A DNA stretch of 64,000 bases from assembly GCA_033723415.1 (NCBI GenBank), contig JAWVXD010000001.1:32001-96000 (forward strand), written 5' to 3'. Of the stretch, positions 44,060 through 52,137 are shown piece by piece; position 1 is the first letter of the stretch; each line of letters starts with the position of its first letter. The notes under the pieces were generated by a model. That model was not told the DNA's origin. It did not search any database and saw nothing but the letters and a program-made list of their open reading frames with translations. Both the position numbers and the translations under genes were made by a program. Source of the DNA: Sulfurospirillaceae bacterium (GTDB lineage: Bacteria > Campylobacterota > Campylobacteria > Campylobacterales > Sulfurospirillaceae).

Positions 44060-45270
44060 TGATAGAACTTAGTGAAATAATACAAGCAAAAAGGCTAATC
44101 TCTGACGTTGTGCCTAGAACTCCATTTGTTTATGCTCCATTGTTGAGCGAGAAAATAGATGCAAATATATTTTTGAAAAAAGAAAATTTACAGTTGACAG
44201 GTGCCTACAAGATAAGAGGAGCTTTCAACAAGATAGCTTCTTTGAATGATGAAGAAAAGAAAAGAGGTGTTATCGCTGCAAGTGCTGGCAATCATGCCCA
44301 AGGAGTCGCTTACAGTGCAAGACATTTTGGTATAAAAGCGACTATCATCATGCCGGATGCTACACCGCTACTTAAGGTCTCAGGAACTAAAGATTTAGGT
44401 GCAGACGTTATCTTGCATGGCAACAATTATGATGAAGCATATGCTTATGCTCTAAAATATGCCAAAGATAATGATATGACCTTTATACATCCATTTGAAG
44501 ATGAAAAAGTTATAGCAGGACAAGGCACTGTAGCTATAGAGATGATAGACAAAATAGAAAATCTAAATACCGTGTTGGTTCCTATAGGCGGTGGAGGACT
44601 TATCTCCGGGGTTGCTTCAGCCATAAAACAGATCGATCCTAGTATAAGAGTTATCGGAGTTACATCCAAAGGAGCACCAGGGATGTACAACTCATATAAA
44701 GCAGGAAAAGCGCTCAATACAAAAAGTGTGAGAACCATAGCTGACGGTATTGCCGTTAGAGATGTCAGTGAAAAAAACCTCGCTCATATCTTAGAGTTGG
44801 TTGATGATATAGTTCAAGTGGATGATGAAGAAATAGCCAGTGCTGTTTTATTTTTGTTGGAAAAGCAAAAGATCATAGTCGAAGGAGCAGGTTCTGTTGG
44901 AGTTGCCGCCGTATTACACAAAAAATTGAATTTTAAGAAAAATGAAAACATAGGTATTGTCCTTAGTGGAGGCAATATTGATGTGCAAATGTTAGCCGTG
45001 ATCATAGAAAAAGGTTTGATGAAGTCTCACAGAAAAATGAAGCTGTTGATCACTTTGATAGATAAACCCGGTGCATTGATGTATCTGACGGATATACTGA
45101 GAGATGTAAATGCAAATATCATACAGATAGATTACGATAGAACTTCGACAAAATTAGCATATGGTGATGCAAAGATCACTATAGTTTTAGAAACAAAAGG
45201 CAAAGAGCATCAAACCGAGATAAAACAGATGCTGGAAAACAACAATTATCCTTTTGTCGTAGAAATGTAA
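44059..45270 (+). CDS. ilvA: Threonine ammonia-lyase with ACT domain
   Basis: ENLQLTGAYKIRGA, SAGNHAQG, GGGGLISG, SGGNID. Confidence 0.93.
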   Translation: MIELSEIIQAKRLISDVVPRTPFVYAPLLSEKIDANIFLKKENLQLTGAYKIRGAFNKIASLNDEEKKRGVIAASAGNHAQGVAYSARHFGIKATIIMPDATPLLKVSGTKDLGADVILHGNNYDEAYAYALKYAKDNDMTFIHPFEDEKVIAGQGTVAIEMIDKIENLNTVLVPIGGGGLISGVASAIKQIDPSIRVIGVTSKGAPGMYNSYKAGKALNTKSVRTIADGIAVRDVSEKNLAHILELVDDIVQVDDEEIASAVLFLLEKQKIIVEGAGSVGVAAVLHKKLNFKKNENIGIVLSGGNIDVQMLAVIIEKGLMKSHRKMKLLITLIDKPGALMYLTDILRDVNANIIQIDYDRTSTKLAYGDAKITIVLETKGKEHQTEIKQMLENNNYPFVVEM

Positions 45271-45291
45271 AAAAATAAGAGGTACAATAAA

Positions 45292-47535
45292 TTGAGTGAG
45301 AGTAAAGATTTTTTACGCACAATCGTAGAAGAGGACTTAAAAGCCGGTAAATATAAAAGTATTGTTACCAGGTTTCCTCCCGAGCCAAATGGATTTCCCC
45401 ATATCGGACACGCTAAGTCTATCTATATCAATTTCGGTATTGCCCGTGACTATCAGGGGCACTGCAATTTAAGGATGGACGACACCGATCCGACCAAAGA
45501 AGATATGAGATATGTAGAAGCGCTTAAAGACGCCGTGACTTGGCTTGGATTTGAATGGGGAGAGAGTGTTTATTTTACTTCCGATTATTTTCCTAAGTTG
45601 TATGCTTATGCACAAAGTCTCATCAAAATGGGCAAAGCTTATGTTGATAGCCTTAATGAAGAAGAAATACGCGAATATCGCGGTAGCGTCACGGAAGCCG
45701 GAAGACGCAGCAAGTATGCAAATCGTAGTATCGAAGAAAATCTTGACCTTTTTGAGCGCATGAAAAACGGTGAGTTCAAAGATGGCGAACACGTCCTGAG
45801 AGCACGGATCGATATGAGTGCGGCAAACATGAAGATGCGAGATCCATTGCTGTACCGTATCCGACATGCGCATCATTTCAGAGCCGGGGATGAGTGGTGT
45901 ATCTATCCGATGTATGATTTTGCTCACTGTTTGTCTGATTATATCGAGGGCGTCACGCACTCGATCTGTACGCTGGAATTTGAAAACAATCGTGATATTT
46001 ACGACTGGGTACTTGACACGCTCGCTCTTGAACCGCCGCGTCCGTATCAGCATGAGTTTGCACGCCTTGGGATCAATTATACCGTCATGAGTAAAAGAAA
46101 GCTTTTAGAACTCGTCGAGGGCGGATATGTCAACGGCTGGGATGACCCACGCCTTCCTACCATCGCCGGATATAAAAGAAGAGGGTACACACCTGAGTCT
46201 ATCTTGAATTTTTGCGACCAGATCGGCATCGCAAAAGCAAACTCGATGGTCGATGTGGCGCAGCTTGAATTTTGTATCAGAGATGATCTAAACCAAAAAG
46301 TGCCTCGTGTGATGTGTGTGCTTGACCCGCTCAAAGTAACCATCGAAAATTATGACGGTTTCGAGGAGATCGATGCATCTTACTATCCTCATGATGTTCC
46401 CAAAGAGGGTTCGAGAAAGCTACCTTTTTCACGCGAGATTTACATCGAACGCGATGATTTTATGGAAAATCCACCTAGTGGATACTTCCGTCTGACACCC
46501 GATCAGCCCGTGCGACTAAAACATGCTTATATCATCTCGTGCACCGAAGTCATCAAAGATGCGAACGGCGCGATAGTGGAGATCAAAGCCAAGTATCATC
46601 CTGATTCAAAAAGCGGATCCGATACCAGCGGTATCAAGGTCAAAAGCGCGATTCACTGGGTAAGTGGAGCGCACGCCAAAAAAGCGGAAGTCAGACTGTA
46701 TGAAAGATTGTATAAATCAGAAGCTCCAGAGGGTCTAGAAGATCTAAATCCCGATTCGCTTCGTATCATCAAAGATGCGCTTATTGAACCCGCCATCGTC
46801 ACCGAAAAGCCAGATGTCAGATTTCAATTTGAAAGACAAGGGTATTTCTATGCCGATCCGATTGATCATAGCGATGAAAACCCGGTGTTCAACAAAATCG
46901 TAGGACTCAAAGACTCTTGGAGTAAAAAAACCGAACCAAGCAAGCATACGATGAAGACTCCGGTGAAAAAAGAACAAGTAGAGGGTGAAACAGCTCCTAT
47001 GAGCGCTCAAGAACAAGCACGCTTTGACAAATATACAAAAGAGCTTGGACTCAATCATGAGATCGCCAATATCTTAGCGCGCGATGAACAGCTCGCATCA
47101 TTTTATGAAACCGCACTGTCCGTTTTAAACAGTCCTCTAAGCTTGGCAAATATCACGGCCAATGAAGTAGCCAGAGAGTTAAAACAATCAAACGCTCTTA
47201 CATTTGATGCAAAGCAAGTGGCGCAGTTGGTCGGCATGGTCGATGATGGCACGATTTCAAATAAAATCTCTAAAGAAGTGTTTGAAGAGATGGCAAAATC
47301 GGGTAAAAACCCGATCCAAATCGTCAAAGAAAAAGGCCTAGAGCAGATCAGTGATCCGGCTGAGATAGCATCCGTCATCGATGCGATCATCGCAAAAAAC
47401 CCGGACAACGTCGCCAAATACAAAGATGGAAATACGAAACTTTTAGGATTTTTTGTAGGGCAAGTGCTCAAAGCAATGGGCGGTAAAGCCAACCCGACAG
47501 TCGTGAATGCTCTTGTTTTAGAGAAGTTAAGTTAA
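45292..47535 (+). CDS. glnS: Glutamine--tRNA ligase with C-terminal GatB/YqeY domain
   Basis: RFPPEPNG, HIGH, MSKR, QFERQGYF; C-terminal GFFVGQVLKAMGGKANP. Confidence 0.93.
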   Translation: MSESKDFLRTIVEEDLKAGKYKSIVTRFPPEPNGFPHIGHAKSIYINFGIARDYQGHCNLRMDDTDPTKEDMRYVEALKDAVTWLGFEWGESVYFTSDYFPKLYAYAQSLIKMGKAYVDSLNEEEIREYRGSVTEAGRRSKYANRSIEENLDLFERMKNGEFKDGEHVLRARIDMSAANMKMRDPLLYRIRHAHHFRAGDEWCIYPMYDFAHCLSDYIEGVTHSICTLEFENNRDIYDWVLDTLALEPPRPYQHEFARLGINYTVMSKRKLLELVEGGYVNGWDDPRLPTIAGYKRRGYTPESILNFCDQIGIAKANSMVDVAQLEFCIRDDLNQKVPRVMCVLDPLKVTIENYDGFEEIDASYYPHDVPKEGSRKLPFSREIYIERDDFMENPPSGYFRLTPDQPVRLKHAYIISCTEVIKDANGAIVEIKAKYHPDSKSGSDTSGIKVKSAIHWVSGAHAKKAEVRLYERLYKSEAPEGLEDLNPDSLRIIKDALIEPAIVTEKPDVRFQFERQGYFYADPIDHSDENPVFNKIVGLKDSWSKKTEPSKHTMKTPVKKEQVEGETAPMSAQEQARFDKYTKELGLNHEIANILARDEQLASFYETALSVLNSPLSLANITANEVARELKQSNALTFDAKQVAQLVGMVDDGTISNKISKEVFEEMAKSGKNPIQIVKEKGLEQISDPAEIASVIDAIIAKNPDNVAKYKDGNTKLLGFFVGQVLKAMGGKANPTVVNALVLEKLS

Positions 47536-47545
47536 GAAACTTTCA

Positions 47546-47581
47546 AAAAGGTGCCATTGAGTTAAAAGCATGGCACCTTTT
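47546..47581. terminator. Intrinsic, probably bidirectional terminator after glnS
   Basis: Stem AAAAGGTGCCAT / ATGGCACCTTTT, 12-nt loop. Confidence 0.8.
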
Positions 47582-47610
47582 ATCATATAAAACAGTCTCG
47601 TTACTATATC

Positions 47611-47731
47611 ACTGTTCGTTCAATTTATCAGTTTTATAACTTATTGGTATGATTAAATAAAAAGCATAGATGAAATTTGGTATACTGTTCCGGAATTACC
47701 CCGTAAAGGTGGAAACTGTCCCCGGAATTAT
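47611..47731. repeat. Repeat copy 1: ACTGTTCGTTCAATTTATCA (47611-47630) plus CTGTCCCCGGAATTAT (47716-47731)
   Basis: Both blocks recur exactly at 50396-50415 and 50470-50485. Confidence 0.85.
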
Positions 47732-47757
47732 TCCCTCAGTGACGCGAGCGTTCACTG

Positions 47758-49494
47758 CTAAGCTTTGTTGTGTATATATTCATTTAATTTTAAGCAATCC
47801 ATTCTATTATCATTTTGCCTAGTGAAAAATTGATTATTAGTTAAATCTGCAATTAGTCTTATCTTGTCTGAAATTTCACAAAACTTTGTATCTTCTTTTA
47901 AATGTTGTCCTATTTTTAATTTTCCTAATCTTGCTGAAAAATTTTCTTTCATACAGTCTCTAACTATACCTAGAATATAGTCTGGGATGGATAGTAAAAT
48001 ATCATCTTTTCCACTTTTTTCTATTACTGTATTTGGGAAAAAAACACCTCTAATTAAAACAATTTGTTTTAATTTATTTAATGAAATTTTTGAGTTTTCT
48101 TCAAAAGTGATAATGTTTGTATTGTTTTTATATCTTCTTAATATATTTTTCATCAAACTATCAAATAAAGCATAGTAGTTGTTTTGGTAAACTTCTTTGC
48201 CCATTTTATCCATTGATTCATTTTCAGACTTAAACATTAATTGTGCTTCTATATTTAACTCTCTCAATATTGGTATATATTTTTCTTTCACCATTGTATT
48301 ATCTTCGCAATAATGGAAAAGTTTGCTTCTTTGTGTATCTGTCAATCCATTTCTTAGATCGGAAACCAAATCATTTTGTAATGAAGTTAATTTACCAGAT
48401 ATAACATTTTTTAAAAAATCTCCACTTATTGAAACAAGTGATAAAATTAATGTTTTTTTATCTGGTGTCTCACTTTCATCTATATAATGATATATAGATA
48501 AATTGTTCTTTTTCTGTGGAGCACTCATATAAATATTATCCAAACATAGATCATTATCTTCTAATATATTTATGAAAACTGATTGGTACTTTTTACCTAA
48601 TGATTTTTCAATTCCTACTATATAAACAATTTTCCCATATATAGCTCTTAGCTTAGGATAGCCATCTTCAATATTAAAATAATTTTCTGGATATTTGTTT
48701 AAATAATATAATTCCTGTCTAATCTTTCTTTTCATTATTTTGGGAACTCTTGGATATTGGTCATTTGATATACTCAGACCTGTAACATACTGAGGTTGCC
48801 CATATTTTAAATTGATTGTTTTTTCTTCATTGATTTCAAAAGTATATTTTTCAAAAATTTCTTTAATTTCATCTATTGAAGGAAAATTATCGATATCAGA
48901 TGAAAAAGTTATGTCATCACTATATCTACTTATTCCTACTTTATATTTTTCAGCCAAAAATTTAAGATCTAAGTCTAAATCAAAACAATATAAATTCGCT
49001 AAAATTGGGCTTGTATTAAAACCTTCATACAATATATCATTGTATGTACACAGATTCGAAAATATATCTGCTCCTGTGTCGGAAAAACCTAGTTTTAAAA
49101 AAGCATTTTTGACGCCTATTTTTGTAATTGATTTAAAATAATTCTTTATGTCAAGTTTGAATAGATACTTTTTATTTAAATGTTCTTGTGCATTTGTCAA
49201 TACACCTCTTTTCTTGATGAATCCATGTGCTATATCACTGACAAAAACATCTTTATCTTGTTTTATTTTTTGCTCTATAATATGTAGCAATTCCTTATAA
49301 AATAGATTGTATGGAGTATTGATTTTTATAACTTCTCTATATTTTTTTATACGTTTTGGGTTTTTTTTGGGTATATCAAAAAGACTAATATATGTTTGAT
49401 TTTTTTCATTGTTGCAGATAGAGTTAAGAAAATCTATTGAGGTATTAAAGCTTTTTGAGATTATCTCTAGTGAGTTTAGCTGATTTAAATTCAT
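47758..49494 (-). CDS. Retron-type reverse transcriptase fused to a C-terminal RNase H-like (DUF3800-like) domain
   Basis: AHGF, region X NAQEH (aa 101), LDIKNYF, GFNTSP, YSDD (aa 191-194), region Y VTG (aa 237); C-terminal YIDES (D339) ... PDY (D505). Confidence 0.88.
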   Translation of the reverse strand: MNLNQLNSLEIISKSFNTSIDFLNSICNNEKNQTYISLFDIPKKNPKRIKKYREVIKINTPYNLFYKELLHIIEQKIKQDKDVFVSDIAHGFIKKRGVLTNAQEHLNKKYLFKLDIKNYFKSITKIGVKNAFLKLGFSDTGADIFSNLCTYNDILYEGFNTSPILANLYCFDLDLDLKFLAEKYKVGISRYSDDITFSSDIDNFPSIDEIKEIFEKYTFEINEEKTINLKYGQPQYVTGLSISNDQYPRVPKIMKRKIRQELYYLNKYPENYFNIEDGYPKLRAIYGKIVYIVGIEKSLGKKYQSVFINILEDNDLCLDNIYMSAPQKKNNLSIYHYIDESETPDKKTLILSLVSISGDFLKNVISGKLTSLQNDLVSDLRNGLTDTQRSKLFHYCEDNTMVKEKYIPILRELNIEAQLMFKSENESMDKMGKEVYQNNYYALFDSLMKNILRRYKNNTNIITFEENSKISLNKLKQIVLIRGVFFPNTVIEKSGKDDILLSIPDYILGIVRDCMKENFSARLGKLKIGQHLKEDTKFCEISDKIRLIADLTNNQFFTRQNDNRMDCLKLNEYIHNKA

Positions 49495-49503
49495 ACACTA
49501 CAC

Positions 49504-49585
49504 AGCAATATGGGTAAATAGGTAGATTATAATTAACTTTATAACGAGCACGAATCGCACTCCACATTTATTCCCCATATTGTTC
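49504..49585 (-). ncRNA. Candidate retron msr-msd ncRNA (compact)
   Basis: Terminal inverted repeat CAATATGGG (49506-49514) / CCCATATTG (49574-49582) extended by TAAAT/ATTTA, enclosing hairpins GAGUGCG-AUU-CGUGCUC and UUAUAA-N6-UUAUAA; directly upstream of the RT. Confidence 0.65.
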
Positions 49586-49589
49586 CTTT

Positions 49590-49619
49590 ATTATATCAGT
49601 TTTTTGGTTTGATACACAA
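49590..49619 (-). promoter_or_regulatory. Sigma70 promoter of the retron
   Basis: Minus strand TTGTGT-N18-TATAAT with extended TGn; predicted start falls at the 5' arm of the inverted repeat. Confidence 0.65.
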
Positions 49620-49722
49620 CGATTCGGAGTAATTCCTGCGAAACTATACCCAATTATTGATGGTAGCTAAAAGGGAATTGTCCCAATTTTCTGCTACTAA
49701 AACGCTACTCTACGCATCCTAA

Positions 49723-50013
49723 TCACTTAAACTTTTTATAAACTTGTGAATGTGTGCCTAGCATCACAAGGTAAAGAAAACTTGCATCTACTTTAAACAC
49801 CAATAACCAATCATTTTTTACATGAAGAGATTCAAACTCTTTCATATCACCTTTTAACGCATGCCTTTGATATATACTATCTATCGCTTCATTGGATTGT
49901 AGTTTGTTGATCATTATCTTTAAGATTTCAAAGTCACTCTTCGTGTATTTTCCACACTTTTGATCTCTCAAAATATCTTTTTTAAAAGATTTTTCAATCT
50001 TAATCTCTAGCAC
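49723..50013 (-). CDS. YafQ/RelE-family mRNA interferase toxin
   Basis: FKKD, HALKG, HVKNDWLLVF, LGTHS motifs. Confidence 0.88.
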   Translation of the reverse strand: MLEIKIEKSFKKDILRDQKCGKYTKSDFEILKIMINKLQSNEAIDSIYQRHALKGDMKEFESLHVKNDWLLVFKVDASFLYLVMLGTHSQVYKKFK

Positions 50014-50015
50014 AG

Positions 50016-50273
50016 TTAGATACCTAAATCGTCAAATAATTCATCGCTGTTTTTATAACTCTTTGTGTTGGTATCTGTTTTTATATTTTTGACTCTTGAG
50101 ATAAGTTCATCACTAGGTTCAATTGAGAGTTCAAAAGGTATTTTTCGCTCCATGGCAACTTTTGCAAGAAATATATTGACACCGTCTGCAAAAGTAAGAC
50201 CGAGCTTAGAAAATACCTCTTTTGATTCATTGTAAAATTTATCTTCAACTCTTACACTTGTTTGCATTTTCAT
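50016..50273 (-). CDS. RelB/DinJ family antitoxin
   Basis: SVRVE RHH start, LGLTFADGVNIFL, IPFEL, ELFDDLGI; ATG at 50273 after AAGGA. Confidence 0.88.
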   Translation of the reverse strand: MKMQTSVRVEDKFYNESKEVFSKLGLTFADGVNIFLAKVAMERKIPFELSIEPSDELISRVKNIKTDTNTKSYKNSDELFDDLGI

Positions 50274-50291
50274 TTTATATCCTTTGAGAAA

Positions 50292-50321
50292 ATTATACAC
50301 CAATCGGTGTACACAAGTCAA
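50292..50321 (-). promoter_or_regulatory. TA promoter (TTGACT-N18-TATAAT) with operator palindrome TACACC-N4-GGTGTA (50296-50311)
   Basis: Read directly; typical RHH autorepression arrangement. Confidence 0.7.
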
Positions 50322-50395
50322 GATAATTTAACGACTGAGGGGAAATCGAGTAAATCAAGGGACGGATACCGCATTATTAAATAGTCTAAAATGTA

Positions 50396-50485
50396 ACTGT
50401 TCGTTCAATTTATCAATTTTAAACTATTAAATAAAAAGGTAAATCTATATAACATTATAATTAGGTATCCTGTCCCCGGAATTAT
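50396..50485. repeat. Repeat copy 2 (matches 47611-47731)
   Basis: Exact 20-bp and 16-bp blocks shared with copy 1. Confidence 0.85.
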
Positions 50486-50495
50486 ACCTGATTTG

Positions 50496-51200
50496 TTAGG
50501 AGAGAACATGTTCTACCATCTCATTAAATGCCTGCTTATCATCAACATCGCTGTATGCGAAGTCAGCTAAAATAGATAATCTAAGGAGTGGAATATATTC
50601 AGAAGATGCTTTGTTGATTTTGTAATCCATTAACAACTTTTCATCTATAGAACCTTTAATGCAGAACTCTTTATTCTCTGGATCAAACTCTACTAGTAGA
50701 TAGTTCGGTCCCCAGTTAGTCCATATTTCGTATTTATGAAAACATGGTTCATAAATAGCAAACTGAAATACTAATTGTCGAAAAATACGATGAGAGAGCT
50801 CGACAAATAAATGTGCAATATCAACTGCATCTTCAACTTTTTCTCGATCAGGTATAATAAAATCGTGTTCAAGCATATTGCGAATTTTATTGAGACGACT
50901 TAGAATGCGAGGGGCTATTAACCCGACTTCCTTAATACGTTCAATTTTTTTGGGAAACTGCTTTTCTTTTTTTAAGCCCAATACATTGACAATCGCTTCA
51001 ACCTGACAATCAATAGCTCGTTTAGCATTAGTTAATGCATTGATATTGCCATGATTTGAGTTTTGTTCTAAATCTTTCTCAGCAATCTTCAAAAAGTCAT
51101 GAGATGTTGTTTCAAATGGAAATTCTACATCAGTATATGCACATCTCTCAAACTCTTGTAGGATATGTTTATGCTGATGTAGAAATTGTTTGAGCTTCAA
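50496..51200 (-). CDS. HEPN-like protein (cassette gene)
   Basis: RNMLEH (Rx4H) and NAKRAIDCQVE helix; TTG start after AGGAG. Confidence 0.6.
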   Translation of the reverse strand: MKLKQFLHQHKHILQEFERCAYTDVEFPFETTSHDFLKIAEKDLEQNSNHGNINALTNAKRAIDCQVEAIVNVLGLKKEKQFPKKIERIKEVGLIAPRILSRLNKIRNMLEHDFIIPDREKVEDAVDIAHLFVELSHRIFRQLVFQFAIYEPCFHKYEIWTNWGPNYLLVEFDPENKEFCIKGSIDEKLLMDYKINKASSEYIPLLRLSILADFAYSDVDDKQAFNEMVEHVLS

Positions 51201-51207
51201 GGTTGTC

Positions 51208-51276
51208 TCCTAACGTTTGAGTTGAGAAATATTTGAGCCGTAGGGTCAAATATTTCTCTCCAATGATTTGTTATAA
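51208..51276 (-). other. attC recombination site (69 bp)
   Basis: Minus strand TTATAAC-AAATCATTGGAGAGAAATATTTGA-loop-TCAAATATTTCTCAACTCAAAC-GTTAGGA. Confidence 0.85.
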
Positions 51277-51277
51277 A

Positions 51278-51463
51278 TTAGTCTGTATCATTTTCTTCTG
51301 AATTTTCTATTATTAAGTCTTTATATTTTGTTATATCTTTTTCATAACCTTCAGTAGTATATTGAAGCTTTGGTATGCTTACATCAAAATTTGGTTGATC
51401 ATCATTTTGTTCTGAAGCATTTTCTTGACTATTATTTTGCTCTTCTGAAGTATTTTCACTCAT
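51278..51463 (-). CDS. Small acidic hypothetical protein (cassette gene)
   Basis: 61 aa, AAAGGA SD, stop adjacent to the attC inverse core. Confidence 0.6.
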   Translation of the reverse strand: MSENTSEEQNNSQENASEQNDDQPNFDVSIPKLQYTTEGYEKDITKYKDLIIENSEENDTD

Positions 51464-51483
51464 TTGAAATTCCTTTTTAGTAT

Positions 51484-51987
51484 TTATTTTATTTTGTGTA
51501 AATAATTATATGAAATATATCCTGTTGTTATCATTACTAATGCTACAGAGGCAATAGTTAAAATATATCCATATCTTAAATTTTTAGCTTTCTTTAATAT
51601 TATTTCATTGTATTCTGAAACTGCTTCTTTCATACTTTGAGATAAAGCAAATTGTATGGTTATTAATTTTTCTTCTTTAAACAAATCAAATACCTCACTT
51701 GTTAAAGGTAATTTTGGTACAGTTGTTAATCTTAATGATAAGAAATAAAATAACCATGCTAAAAATAAAAAAATAAAACTTAAAGATACAGGTATAAAAA
51801 CGAAATTATTTATTTTATATAAGCTATCAATGACTAATATCTTTAATAAAGCACTATAAATAGTTAATAAAATATATGTAAATCGTAATTGATTGTTTGC
51901 TTTATCATCTAATCGTTTAAACCTATCCACTTCCATATTAAATAAATCTTTTGAATATTCATAAAATAAAGTCCATTTTTTTTCCAA
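51484..51987 (-). CDS. Three-TM membrane protein (Pycsar-effector-like topology; cassette gene)
   Basis: LDDKA before TM1-TM2 and KKAKNLR before TM3; AAGGA SD with TTG start. Confidence 0.55.
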   Translation of the reverse strand: MEKKWTLFYEYSKDLFNMEVDRFKRLDDKANNQLRFTYILLTIYSALLKILVIDSLYKINNFVFIPVSLSFIFLFLAWLFYFLSLRLTTVPKLPLTSEVFDLFKEEKLITIQFALSQSMKEAVSEYNEIILKKAKNLRYGYILTIASVALVMITTGYISYNYLHKIK

Positions 51988-52004
51988 TAATATTCCTTAT
52001 GTAT

Positions 52005-52073
52005 TTATAACGGGGGCGCGGGTGTTCAGCCCGCCCCCCCCGTTATCTCGGATGCGTAGCGTCCGAGATAACG
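52005..52073 (-). repeat. Two abutting GC-rich hairpins forming a gene-less mini-cassette
   Basis: CGTTATCTCGGATGC-GTA-GCGTCCGAGATAACG (52041-52073) and ATAACGGGGGCGCGGG...CCCGCCCCCCCCGTTAT (52007-52046). Confidence 0.7.
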
Positions 52074-52132
52074 TTTGAGTTCACCAATAAATGCCCTGTG
52101 GGCATTTATTGGTGTGCGACGTTTTGTTAAGT
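52066..52132 (-). other. attC recombination site (67 bp)
   Basis: Minus strand ACTTAAC-AAAACGTCGCACACCAATAAATGCCC-ACA-GGGCATTTATTGGTGAACTCAAAC-GTTATCT. Confidence 0.88.
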
Positions 52133-52137
52133 TTTCT

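Noticed and set aside
45469..47492. Long antisense ORFs inside glnS (also inside napA and pdh/acsA)
   Set aside because: Shadow frames of well-supported genes with no recognisable motifs.
47758..49494. RT as group II intron, DGR or CRISPR-associated RT
   Set aside because: No maturase/HNH domain or intron RNA, no TR/VR repeat pair, no cas genes; the NAxxH and VTG motifs indicate a retron.
49723..50332. TA pair and retron as bona fide attC cassettes
   Set aside because: A GTTAAAT core exists at 50332-50326 (minus), but no matching inverse core or attC follows the toxin or the RT.
51208..52132. Palindromic repeats as a CRISPR array or simple terminators
   Set aside because: Not regularly spaced identical repeats, and they have AAC...GTT core ends with cassette complementarity typical of attC.
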